Below are positions 20,366 to 29,041 of a DNA stretch of 32,000 bases, piece by piece. This DNA comes from Faecalibaculum rodentium (lineage in GTDB: Bacteria; Bacillota_I; Bacilli_A; Erysipelotrichales; Erysipelotrichaceae), in NCBI RefSeq assembly GCF_001564455.1, contig NZ_CP011391.1, forward strand, positions 570,001 through 602,000, read 5' to 3'. How positions within the stretch are numbered: position 1 is the first letter of the stretch; each line of letters opens with the position of its first letter. A program made the position numbers and the translations under genes. Below the pieces are notes generated by a model. That model made no database searches, was not told the DNA's origin, and saw nothing but the letters and a program-made list of their open reading frames with translations.

Positions 20366-20719
20366 ATGGCGAAAGATACCAATCTGACAGCACAGGAGAT
20401 CTACGACAAGGAGTTCCACGTGGATCTCAAGGGGTATGCCCCCGGAGAAGTGGATGAATTTCTGGATATGGTCATTGAAGACTATCAGGGATTCGAGGAA
20501 AAAATGCAGGAACTCGGCACAGCTCTGGCCCGGTACGAAGACCGGATCAAGGAACTGCAGCAGCAGGTCTTCGCCCTTCAGACCGAGAACCAGAATCTGA
20601 CGGAAAAGGTGAACGCGGATTTCGTGAACGCCAACAGCGATCAGGTGGATCTGCTCAAGCGGATCGCCCGCCTGGAGCAGGCTGTATTCGGCAAGGATCA
20701 GCCCCAGCCCCAGCAGTAA
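20366..20719 (+). CDS. gpsB: Cell-cycle protein GpsB (DivIVA-domain)
   Basis: LTAQEIYDKEFHVDLKGYAPGEVDEFLDMVIEDY and the C-terminal DLLKRIARLEQAVFGK match the GpsB pattern. RBS is gagggag. Confidence 0.85.
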   Translation: MAKDTNLTAQEIYDKEFHVDLKGYAPGEVDEFLDMVIEDYQGFEEKMQELGTALARYEDRIKELQQQVFALQTENQNLTEKVNADFVNANSDQVDLLKRIARLEQAVFGKDQPQPQQ

Positions 20720-20732
20720 CAACAGACAGAAA

Positions 20733-21106
20733 CACAATACAGGCCGCGAGACAGCTGCTGGCCCGCCGGGGTCAGAGGAAAGTCCATGCTCGCACTGTCT
20801 GCGATGACAGTAGTGTTTGTGCCGGGCCAATCAATAAGCCCGGGTACGTCCACTGGACGTAACGGCTGCATCGTTCTCCTAAAGCTTCAGCCATGGAGAA
20901 CGGTCTTTAAAAGTGCCACAGAGACGAAGCCGTTCGGGAAACAGAACGGGTGGAACGGGTAAACCCCTCAAGCGAGAAACCCAAATTTGGTAGGGGAACC
21001 GCTGGACCGGAACTGAACGGAAAGGCGGATGCGCGCTGCGCATAGATAAATAGCTGCCGCCGGCATCTGCCGGAACAGAACATGGCTTATGAACGGATGT
21101 ATTGTT
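20733..21106 (+). ncRNA. rnpB: RNase P RNA, type B (Bacillota type)
   Basis: Conserved blocks GAGGAAAGTCCATGCTCGCAC, AAAGTGCCACAGAGACGA, GGGTAAACCCCTCAAGCGAGAAACCCAAATTTGGTAGGGGAAC and ACAGAACATGGCTTA. The 5' aacacaatacagg can pair with the 3' ggatgtattgtt (P1). Ends are accurate to about 5 nt. Confidence 0.85.
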
Positions 21107-21112
21107 TTTTGT

Positions 21113-21145
21113 AAACCTCTTTGAAAAAAGGGGTTTTTGTTTTTT
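21113..21145 (+). terminator. Terminator after rnpB
   Basis: aaacctc-tttgaaaaaa-ggggttt followed by ttgtttttt. Confidence 0.6.
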
Positions 21146-21213
21146 CGGACAGCCATGGCACGCCAGGTCCCGGCGTCGGCAATTTTGCGGCTGGTCTGGT
21201 ATCATGAACATGC

Positions 21214-22152
21214 ATGATCACGATTTTCAAAACCGGCGAGCATGGTCTCATGACCAGGATCCCGGCACCTGAAAAAGGCTGCTGGGTCAGCGCCGTGGCA
21301 CCTACAAGAGAAGAACAGATCTGGCTGGAAGAAGAACTGGGAGTCGTTCCGGAATTTGTCCGGGCGGCCCTGGACCCCGAAGAGACGTCCTACATTGACC
21401 AGGATGAGGAAAAGGAGCAGGTGCTGGTGATTGCGGACTATCCGGCCAGAGATCCGGATACCGTCAGCGAGATCCCCACATTCATGACACTGCCTGTCGG
21501 CGTGGTTCTCATGAAGGGCTGCATCGTCACGATTGCGGGGGAGGAAAACGAGCCTGTGACCGAACTGGAAAGCGGACGGGTGAAGGTCAACACCACGCAG
21601 AAAACCCGGCTGCTGCTTCTGCTTCTGCTGACCATCTCCCAGCGGTTCATCCTCTGCCTGCGGCAGATCGACCGTCTGTCAAACCAGACCGAAGCGCGTC
21701 TCTACAAATCCATGAAGAACCGGGAACTGCTGCATATGCTGCAGCTGGACAAAAGCCTGGTGTATTTTTCCTCTTCCCTGAAGGCGGATGAACTGACCCT
21801 GAACCACATCATGCGGGGCAAGCTCATACCACACTACACAGAGGATACGGATTTGCTGGAAGACGTGATCATCGAGTTCCGCCAGGCGGTGGAGATGTGC
21901 AGCAACTATTCCGAGCTCAACAGCCGGACCATGGACGGCTTCTCGAATGTCATTTCCAACAACATGAATGACATCATGAAGGAACTTACGGTGATCACCC
22001 TGGTCATGAGCATTCCCAACATGGTCTATGGATTCTATGGCATGAATGTCTCGGACCTGCCGTTTCCGGTTACGTGGTTTCCCCTGGTGCTGTCGGCGGT
22101 GCTCTGCATCGCGGTCTGGCTGTACTTCAAGCACTCCCGAACATTCAAGTAG
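21214..22152 (+). CDS. corA: CorA-family magnesium/cobalt transporter
   Basis: C-terminal two TM helices carry the signature YGMNV (FYGMNVSDLPF). Size of about 312 aa is typical. Confidence 0.85.
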   Translation: MITIFKTGEHGLMTRIPAPEKGCWVSAVAPTREEQIWLEEELGVVPEFVRAALDPEETSYIDQDEEKEQVLVIADYPARDPDTVSEIPTFMTLPVGVVLMKGCIVTIAGEENEPVTELESGRVKVNTTQKTRLLLLLLLTISQRFILCLRQIDRLSNQTEARLYKSMKNRELLHMLQLDKSLVYFSSSLKADELTLNHIMRGKLIPHYTEDTDLLEDVIIEFRQAVEMCSNYSELNSRTMDGFSNVISNNMNDIMKELTVITLVMSIPNMVYGFYGMNVSDLPFPVTWFPLVLSAVLCIAVWLYFKHSRTFK

Positions 22153-22157
22153 CATAA

Positions 22158-22195
22158 GACCCGGCCTCCTGCTGATGATGGAGCCGGGCTTTTTG
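22158..22195 (+). terminator. Terminator after corA
   Basis: gacccggcctcc...ggagccgggc followed by ttttt. Confidence 0.7.
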
Positions 22196-22250
22196 TATGC
22201 GCAGTTCCATGCAGGAACTCCGGAGTGGAGGTTCAGCATAGTCTGGTACC

Positions 22251-22433
22251 ATGAAGGCAGAAGACAGCACACGTCTCGAGAGGAGCACAGGCATGAAACA
22301 GGACTCATGGTCCGCATTTTCCTATGCTGATGAAGTCCCGGGATTCTGGGAGGAAGCAAGGCAGAACAATTACAAAAGGGGAACACCCGGACCGACTGCG
22401 AGGCCAGATCGGGGCGGCTTTGCGAACAGATGA
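22251..22433 (+). CDS. Short hypothetical ORF (stop overlaps the next ORF start, ATGA)
   Basis: Only the ORF and the ATGA overlap support it. It could also be a frameshifted N-terminal piece of the next gene. Confidence 0.25.
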   Translation: MKAEDSTRLERSTGMKQDSWSAFSYADEVPGFWEEARQNNYKRGTPGPTARPDRGGFANR

Positions 22434-23032
22434 TGGAATGGCTGAATGGCCGCCGGCTTCCGGACGGATCCATCCTGGACCTGACACGCAGAAGGAAGGA
22501 ACTGGTGACGGCTGACGGCATCCGGCTGGGGGGAGACAACATGTTCACGTGGTTTACCGGCCGGATCCTTGACATAACGAATGCCCTTGAGCAGAAACCC
22601 GGTGAAGACTGGGAGACCTTTCAGCAGGGGATCATCCGCAATGGCTGGCGGATCGGTGCCCGGATCCCCTTTCCCCGACACCGCAACCGCCTGAACCAGA
22701 TGCGGGGATTCAGCGGCCGGATCATGGACCGCTTCGACCTCACGCTGGACTGTATCCGCAGCTTTTATGACGATGTCCCGTCACCCTTGACCGGGGTTCT
22801 CGAGAGTGACCGGGCCTAGTTTGACCATTTTGTGGATTTCCGGGGATTTGTGGACTTTTTTCTGCTGAACGACTGGGTCAACAGCTCATACGAGGTGATC
22901 GACCAGTCCAAGACCGGGACTGTTCTCCCGCAGACGGTAAAGGAGCTGGAACACTGGCTTTTTCGGATGGAGGAACTCACAGACGCCCGGTGCCGGAGAA
23001 TCGAAGAGAGTGTTTCCAGCCGATTGGCCTGA
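22430..23032 (+). pseudogene. Hypothetical gene interrupted by an in-frame TAG at 22817-22819
   Basis: Track ORFs 22430-22819 and 22832-23032 are in the same frame. The read-through text is ...LTGVLESDRA*FDHFVDFRGFVDFFLLNDWV... The second ORF starts only at a GTG. Confidence 0.45.
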
Positions 23033-23124
23033 GCCCCATCCGAAGTGCACGAACACAACAAAACCCGGCACCAGCCGGGTTGTGAAACTCTGTATTTTAC
23101 TGCCTGGCTGTCTGATCCTGCGAA

Positions 23125-23640
23125 TCAGGCAGCTTTTTTCATCATCGGCTTCAGGGCGCGGAAGAGCAGGGGGACAAACACGAGCCCCAGGACGGTCGTG
23201 GGAATCATGTAGCTTGCCTGGTAGACAATGGACCCCCACCAGTCAACACCCCAGACCCAGACACCGCTGAGGGTGCTGGACACAAACCGCAGGGCATTGG
23301 TGATCAGCACACCGCTGTAAAACCAGCCGATGTTCGGGAACAGCGAAGCCAGTCCGTAGACGCCGAAGGCAATGAGATAATCCAGCAGGAACCCGGCAAA
23401 GTCCGGGGTGTACATGGGACCGGTCACAAACATGAGCAGGACCGCAATGAGGCACAGGAACGTGCCTTTTTTCCATCCAAACTGGTAGCTTGCCAGAAGC
23501 AGGGGAATGGTGGACAGTCCCCAGCTGCCGCCATTGGGCATCTGGAAGAAGGGAATGGCGTTGGTGAGCACATCCAGGACCATGAACAGGGCAATGTAGA
23601 ATGCCATAAGCACAAGTTCGCGGACTTCGAGATTCTTCAT
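23125..23640 (-). CDS. thiT: Thiamine transporter ThiT (ECF S-component family)
   Basis: Multi-TM protein with FFQMPNGGSWGL (ThiT/YuaJ-type MPqGGS motif). A TPP riboswitch lies directly upstream. Start set at ATG 23640 (ggaggtgtttttttATG). Confidence 0.75.
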   Translation of the reverse strand: MKNLEVRELVLMAFYIALFMVLDVLTNAIPFFQMPNGGSWGLSTIPLLLASYQFGWKKGTFLCLIAVLLMFVTGPMYTPDFAGFLLDYLIAFGVYGLASLFPNIGWFYSGVLITNALRFVSSTLSGVWVWGVDWWGSIVYQASYMIPTTVLGLVFVPLLFRALKPMMKKAA

Positions 23641-23696
23641 AAAAAAACACCTCCACATGAGGCGCAGGTTTAACGGCGGCATTGTCTGTCCAGCCG

Positions 23697-23785
23697 GAAC
23701 TCCCTACGCTGGCATGACCCAGTTCAGGTTCGAAGGGACCGTGCGTCTGCACATCTCAGCCTCTCGGCGCCCCTGTCCAACAGTG
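23697..23785 (-). promoter_or_regulatory. TPP (THI-box) riboswitch
   Basis: Minus strand reads caGGGGCGCCgagaggCTGAGAtgtgcagacgcacggtCCCTTCGAACCTGAactGGGTcATGCCAGCGTAGGGAgttcc. A possible anti-SD (cctc...ggagg) lies downstream. Confidence 0.85.
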
Positions 23786-23917
23786 TCAGTATAGTGTCCG
23801 AAGCACGTTCTGTCAAAGCCGGATGAAGGTCCATACCCGGATCCCGGATCTGTTCCGGACCCACGGGCGGCCGGAGGGGAGCAGACCGGAAAACTGAAAA
23901 ACGCCTGACGGCAGGCA

Positions 23918-24769
23918 TCAGGCGCTGATCAGGATGTAGACGATTTCCGGGGTGGCGTTCAGCCGGGCATTGACTTTGATGCATCCCGTGCCGGTGGAAA
24001 TATAGTAGGGGAATTCCACCGATGTGGTTTCACCGCGGTTGATGGTCTCGGATCCGGGCCACGAACGGTATCCCCCGAACACCGGATAGGAGATCTGGGT
24101 CCCGTGACTGTTTCCCCCCAGGGCATAGTCGATGCCTGCGGCCTTGAGAGCTTCACTGGAAAACGGGTCGGTGTAGTGGCTGATCAGGACCGTGAACTGA
24201 TCGGCCTGAACGCCCTGCAGGGCAGCCTGCCAGTCCTCCTGCGGGGAAATGCCCACCAGGCGGATGCCCGCAGCCGTTCTGTTGCAGATCAGCCGGCTGC
24301 TGTTGTCTATGATCTCCACCTGACTTGCGTTGTAGATTTCCTGGACCTGGGCCAGCCGTTCGGGACTTGTCAGGTCCTGTTCGCCCAGGACCGCAAACTT
24401 CCCCAGAGGCGCCTGGATGGACGACAGCCACTGGATCATCTGCTGCTTCATGTCTTCTGTGATCTCCACATCCGCCTCGAAGAGGTCCCCGCCAAAGACC
24501 AGGACCCGGGGATTCATGGCATGGATCCGGTCAAACACGTTCTGTGCCCGTTTAGCAGTTTCGTACCGTCCGTATTCCAGATCCGTGAAGTAGACCAGCG
24601 AGACATCGTCCATGTCCGCCGGGATCGACTTGTTTTTCCACGCCAGTGTGGTAACTGCCAGGTTTTCCGGATTGATGTAAATGGCCCGGTACATGGCGCA
24701 GGCCATGAATACGGCAAGGGCTGTCAGGCAGGCGACAACAGCCAGCAGTTTTTTCTGAAGTGATTCCAT
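23918..24769 (-). CDS. Membrane-anchored metallophosphoesterase (YkuE-like)
   Basis: N-terminal TM (LLAVVACLTALAVFMACAMY). Motifs include VLVFGGDLF and ALGGNSHGTQ. Motif I reads FTDLEYG (no His). Start set at ATG 24769 (MESLQKK...). Confidence 0.65.
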   Translation of the reverse strand: MESLQKKLLAVVACLTALAVFMACAMYRAIYINPENLAVTTLAWKNKSIPADMDDVSLVYFTDLEYGRYETAKRAQNVFDRIHAMNPRVLVFGGDLFEADVEITEDMKQQMIQWLSSIQAPLGKFAVLGEQDLTSPERLAQVQEIYNASQVEIIDNSSRLICNRTAAGIRLVGISPQEDWQAALQGVQADQFTVLISHYTDPFSSEALKAAGIDYALGGNSHGTQISYPVFGGYRSWPGSETINRGETTSVEFPYYISTGTGCIKVNARLNATPEIVYILISA

Positions 24770-25134
24770 ATCGTCTACCAGTATACCAGACTTCCAGGCG
24801 TGACCTCGGGTACCGCCGGGAATTCCCGGTCTGTCTGCAGGCATGCTGGAGGTTTGGTCAACCGACAGCGGCATTGATGGAACCTCTGAATCAGGTGGTT
24901 CACTGGAATTTTTCTCTGTCCTGAGCCTGTTGGTTGAAATGGTACGGCCAATCAAGGACAATTCAAGCGAAAACTGGTTTCAGGCAGATATGAAAGCTGT
25001 TTACACATACTGGCTGCCAGCTTCCGGGCCCCGGACTCTGGCAGGCCGGACTGTCTGCCTGCTGTGCAGCAGCACCAGGGAGGCTTCTGTCGGGAAATAC
25101 GCGGAAGCGTCCACAGCCAGAGAGGAGGTATTAT

Positions 25135-26250
25135 ATGCCGCGTCCCAAGGGAGGGTCCGGGAACCGAAGCTCGTCCGGACACTCCTACTCCACCCGTTCA
25201 TCCAGCGGTCACAGAATCAGCGGCTCTGCCCAGCGCCGGCCAGGGTCTTCCCAGCCGGGGCCATCTTTTTCAGGCCAGCCGTCCGGTTCATCTTACTTCA
25301 GTCAGAAAGACCGCAGTTACCGGCAGCCCGGCCCCATGCCGCAGACAGGATACCGAAGACGCCAGAGTCCGGGCTTTTTCCCGGGGTTCCTCATGGGCAG
25401 CATGCTCTCGGGGCGCCGACGCCGCTATGATGCACCTGACTTTCCCCCGCAGGGATATCCCGGGGGGTATGATCAGGGTTCCCGCTACCGTTCCCGGAGA
25501 GGAAGCAGCCTGATCTGGATCCTTGTGATCGTGCTTATTCTGATCTTCCTGTTCTCGGCCATGAGTGGCTGTTCGTCATCTTCGGATGAAGCGGGGAACA
25601 GTTCCTACAACCGCGAGAAAATCACGGCCAGTCAGCCCTTTGATGCAGACTGCATCGTGGATGAAGCCGGGTTCTTCGAGGCTCCCTCGAAAACCGGACA
25701 GCGCCTGAAGATCTTCTATGACAAGACCGGGGTTCAGCCCTATGTGGTCATTGAAGACTATGACCCGTCCCTGAAGACCGACACGCAGAAAGAGGCCTAT
25801 GCTCAGCAGTACTACGATGAATACATCGGCAACGAAGACACGTTTCTGTATATGTATTTCGCAGATGCCGATCCTGACAGCGTGGGCTACATGCAGACAG
25901 TCAACGGCAAGAACACAGAAGCGGTCATGGATCCGGAGGCAGTGAACATTTTCTGGAACTACATGGATTCCGAGTGGACATCCAGCAAGAGCACCGACGA
26001 TATGTTCGTGGATGTCTTCGACAAAACCGCGGACAGGATCATGACAAAGACAGCCACCGGAAAAGATGTGGCCATGCGCACCCTGCTTGTCGGCGGCATT
26101 GTCATTGTCGCTGCAGCCATCATCATTCTGGTGATGATGAAACACCGCCGGGAGAAGGAAAAAGCGGAAGAAACCCGGCGCATTCTTGAAACACCGCTGA
26201 AAACAGATGATCCGGATGATGACGATCTGGTTCATCGATATGGAGGATAA
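25135..26250 (+). CDS. Membrane protein: disordered S/G/P/R-rich N-terminus, TM, extracytoplasmic domain (possibly TPM-like), second TM
   Basis: RBS is gaggagg. TM segments are LIWILVIVLILIFLFSAM and LLVGGIVIVAAAIIILVMM. It sits directly upstream of pspA. The domain assignment is tentative. Confidence 0.5.
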   Translation: MPRPKGGSGNRSSSGHSYSTRSSSGHRISGSAQRRPGSSQPGPSFSGQPSGSSYFSQKDRSYRQPGPMPQTGYRRRQSPGFFPGFLMGSMLSGRRRRYDAPDFPPQGYPGGYDQGSRYRSRRGSSLIWILVIVLILIFLFSAMSGCSSSSDEAGNSSYNREKITASQPFDADCIVDEAGFFEAPSKTGQRLKIFYDKTGVQPYVVIEDYDPSLKTDTQKEAYAQQYYDEYIGNEDTFLYMYFADADPDSVGYMQTVNGKNTEAVMDPEAVNIFWNYMDSEWTSSKSTDDMFVDVFDKTADRIMTKTATGKDVAMRTLLVGGIVIVAAAIIILVMMKHRREKEKAEETRRILETPLKTDDPDDDDLVHRYGG

Positions 26251-26256
26251 AACAGT

Positions 26257-26931
26257 ATGGGTATTCTGAGTCGATTCAGTGAAATCATGAAAAGCAACAT
26301 CAACGCGCTTCTCGACCGGGCGGAAGATCCGGAAAAAATGGCGGATCAGATGCTGCGCAACACTCGTGAACAGTTTGCCGAGGTCAAGGCCCAGACCGCT
26401 TCCGTGATGGCGGATGCAGCAAAAGCCAACCGCGATGCGGCAGACTGCCAGGCGGATATTGCCCGGTATCAGAAAGCCGCGGAAAACGCCCTGATCTCCC
26501 GTAACGAAGGCGATGCGAAGAAGCTCATCGCCCAGAAGCAGAAGCTGGAAGAGAAATACAAGGCTCTGCAGCAGGCGGCGGACCTGGCCAATGCCAATGC
26601 CGACAAAATGCGGCAGATGTATGACAAGCTGGCGTCCGACATCGAAACCCTGGAAGCACGCAAGGATGCCATCAAGGCCAAGACAGCTGCCGCAAAGGCA
26701 CAGCAGTCCATCAACAGACTTGTGTCCGGTCTCCCCGATACCAACAGTTCCCTGGAAGCCTTCGACCGCATGGATGCCAGGGCCACCAAGCAGCTCGATG
26801 CAGCGATGGCAGAGGCACAGCTGAACGAAACGTCCTCCAGCGAGGATCTTGCGGAAAAATACAGCGGATCCGGCAGCGATGTTTCCGTGGACAGCGAACT
26901 CGAAGAAATGAAGAAAAAACTCGGCCTGTAA
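26257..26931 (+). CDS. pspA: PspA/IM30-family phage shock protein A
   Basis: MGILSRFSEIMKSNINALLDRAEDPEKMADQMLRN is the canonical PspA N-terminus. The remainder is coiled-coil. Confidence 0.85.
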   Translation: MGILSRFSEIMKSNINALLDRAEDPEKMADQMLRNTREQFAEVKAQTASVMADAAKANRDAADCQADIARYQKAAENALISRNEGDAKKLIAQKQKLEEKYKALQQAADLANANADKMRQMYDKLASDIETLEARKDAIKAKTAAAKAQQSINRLVSGLPDTNSSLEAFDRMDARATKQLDAAMAEAQLNETSSSEDLAEKYSGSGSDVSVDSELEEMKKKLGL

Positions 26932-26950
26932 TCTGCAGACCGACAGCATT

Positions 26951-26986
26951 CCGCCCGGCCGGCCAGAAGCCCCGGGCGGTTTTGTT
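26951..26986 (+). terminator. pspA rho-independent terminator (group II intron insertion site follows it)
   Basis: ccgcccgg...ccgggcgg followed by ttttgtt. Confidence 0.75.
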
Positions 26987-28945
26987 GTGTGTCGGGCATG
27001 ACGCACATCTAGCCGGTGAAAGTCCGGTCACGGGTATTTGCCGCCAAGTGTAGTGAACCGCAAGTCGAAAGCCGCGAGGCTGGGATGGAAGAAGCGGTGT
27101 AGCCAATCTGACGAGCCTACGAACAGAAACCTGATACAAGGCCAAATGGCGGGTGAGGTTGCAACACAAACCAAAGCCCAAAAGGCAAACGTAAAACCAA
27201 GACGGTAAATCAGGAGGTTGTGCAGAGAAAGATGTGTGCCTTACCCCGAGAGATCTCGCAGACGTCAGTCCAATAAGCTTTAAAAACAGCGATGGTGGTG
27301 CCAGTGGCATACGGTCCGAAAATGTTTACTGCGAGAAGTCAGAGCGGAGCATAGTAGGTAGTAATACTGAAGGCTCCTGCCGGTTATAGTGAGCGAATCG
27401 CTTTTGAGTAATTACCCTGCAGTCCGAAAGTCAGAATAGTCATAAGGTGAAGGATCGTAACCGGAGCCGGTGAAATGGATGGGGACGGACAGGGAGTCTC
27501 TGTAAGAAAGAAGGAAACGCAAAATGAGATTGTCAGATTTGATTCTGGAATCCTCCAACATGGAGAAGGCCATCAGAAAGGTAGTGTCAAACCGCGGTTC
27601 AGCGGGAATCGATGACATGCCCGTTGATGAGATCAGAGCATGGATGGAGGTGAATGGGGATGAACTTGCAGAACAAATCCGGGAAATGAAATATAAGCCC
27701 AGTCCTGTCCGCAGAGCCTATATTCCCAAGCCAAATGGGAAAAAGAGGCCCTTGGGCATCCCGACTGTCGTAGACAGGGTCGTCCAGCAGGCTACGTATC
27801 AGATACTTTATCCGATATTTGATTCCACGTTCAGTGACAGCAGTTTTGGATTCAGAGAAGGTCGAAGCGCCCATCAGGCCATCGAGCGAACTCTGGAATA
27901 TCTCAACGAAGGATATGAGTGGGTCGTGGACCTGGACATTGAAAAGTTCTTTGATATGGTCAACCACGACAAACTGATCTCGATCATTCGCCTGAAGGTC
28001 AATGAAAAGGAGACCCTTCACCTGATCCGTTCTTTCCTTAAAGCCGGAGTCATGGAAGAGGGGAAACTGAATAGAAATGACCTAGGGACGCCCCAAGGTG
28101 GTAATATTTCGCCGCTCCTTGCCAACATCTATCTGGATGTATTTGACAAGGAACTTGAAAACAGAGGATTGAGATTTGTCAGATACGCTGACGATGTCAC
28201 GATCTACTGCCGAAGTGAGATGGCCGCCAACCGGGTAATGAGATCTGTATCCTCTTGGCTCGAACGGAAACTGTTCCTGAAGGTTTCGCCAACCAAAACG
28301 CATGTAGTCAGACCACCTGAAAGTACATTCCTTGGATTCACTTTCTGGAAGGGTAGAGACGGATGGAAGTGCAAGCCGGCAAACGACAGAAAACAGAGAC
28401 TCTATAAGAATATGAAAGAGCTCCTGTGCCGTCGGAAAGCCGCTGCCATGCCTTTATCCTATCTGTTTACGAAAGTTAATCAGAAAGTCAGAGGATGGAT
28501 CAACTATTTCAGTATTGGTTCCATGAAAAGATTCTTAATAGAATTTGGACAGTGGCTAAGACACAAAATTCGGGTAGTGATCTTTAAGCAATGGAAAAGA
28601 CCGAAAACGCTCTTCAAGAATCTCATGATTCTGAACAAGCAGTTCAAAACGGGATTTTCCAAGGAAGAGATACGGCAGACTGCCAACTCAAGACTTGGCC
28701 TGTGGCGAACTACTGGGTGGAGGACTGTGAATTTCATCTTATCACCAAAGGTTCTTGCGTTATCCAACAAGGAAAAAGAACGACCGGGTCTGATCGACCC
28801 GGTCGGGTGTTACCTGAACTTACAGAATAAATCATAGCAAATTCATGAATGCCCGCAAGGGCAATATAACTGTAGAGCCGTATACGAGATCCGTACGTAC
28901 GGTTCAACGAGAGGGGCGTAAATCACTGAATTTCCCCTCTACTCT
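26987..28945 (+). mobile_element. Bacterial group II intron, class C-like, with intact RT/maturase ORF
   Basis: The 5' end GTGTGTCGGGCATGAC... resembles the GUGUGCCCGGCAUGG starts of IIC introns. Domain V is GAGCCGTATACGAGATCCGTACGTACGGTTC at 28875-28905. A domain VI-like stem gagagggg...cccctct ends at about 28940. The 3' boundary is accurate to about 5 nt. Confidence 0.8.
27524..28837 (+). CDS. Group II intron reverse transcriptase/maturase (no obvious En domain)
   Basis: RT motifs are PKPNGKKRPLGIPTVVDRVVQ, GTPQGGNISPLLANIYL and VRYADDVTIY (YADD). An X/maturase region follows. Confidence 0.9.
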   Translation: MRLSDLILESSNMEKAIRKVVSNRGSAGIDDMPVDEIRAWMEVNGDELAEQIREMKYKPSPVRRAYIPKPNGKKRPLGIPTVVDRVVQQATYQILYPIFDSTFSDSSFGFREGRSAHQAIERTLEYLNEGYEWVVDLDIEKFFDMVNHDKLISIIRLKVNEKETLHLIRSFLKAGVMEEGKLNRNDLGTPQGGNISPLLANIYLDVFDKELENRGLRFVRYADDVTIYCRSEMAANRVMRSVSSWLERKLFLKVSPTKTHVVRPPESTFLGFTFWKGRDGWKCKPANDRKQRLYKNMKELLCRRKAAAMPLSYLFTKVNQKVRGWINYFSIGSMKRFLIEFGQWLRHKIRVVIFKQWKRPKTLFKNLMILNKQFKTGFSKEEIRQTANSRLGLWRTTGWRTVNFILSPKVLALSNKEKERPGLIDPVGCYLNLQNKS

Positions 28946-28990
28946 ATTGCCCGCAGACGATGGGAACAGCGCATCCGGCGGGAACAGGCA

Positions 28991-29027
28991 CAAAGAAAGG
29001 GCAGCACCCTGAATCTGGTGCTGCCCT
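28991..29027 (-). terminator. Terminator downstream of rnj
   Basis: agggcagcacc-ctgaatct-ggtgctgccct. Minus-strand tail is ttctttg. Confidence 0.65.
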
Positions 29028-29041
29028 GTGTCTGGTGATTT

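Noticed and set aside
20183-21211. Minus-strand ORFs 20183-20830 and 20879-21211
   Set aside because: They overlap gpsB and the rnpB RNA gene on the opposite strand. The conserved RNase P RNA blocks explain this sequence.
23100-23146. ctgcctg...caggcag plus T6 hairpin overlapping the thiT 3' end as a plus-strand terminator
   Set aside because: The stem is interrupted by a large asymmetric bulge and lies inside the thiT coding sequence. The cleaner hairpin at 23063-23084 (aacccggc/gccgggtt) is the more likely shared terminator, so no call was made.
23243-23984. ORFs 23243-23752 and 23724-23984 (minus strand)
   Set aside because: They overlap thiT in another frame and run through the TPP riboswitch. 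The riboswitch and thiT account for the region.
23918-24961. Full 347-aa version of the metallophosphoesterase ORF, and its FTDLEYG motif I lacking His as evidence for a pseudo-enzyme
   Set aside because: The N-terminal 64 codons are low-complexity and precede the TM anchor, so the shorter start at 24769 was preferred. Motif degeneracy alone is insufficient to claim loss of activity.
25576-27008. 476-aa and 179-aa minus-strand ORFs
   Set aside because: They are antisense to the membrane-protein gene and pspA, both of which have RBSs and recognisable sequence. The composition is a shadow-ORF type.
26711-27310. 199-aa minus-strand ORF
   Set aside because: It lies across the pspA 3' end and domain I of the group II intron ribozyme. 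The sequence there is explained by RNA structure.
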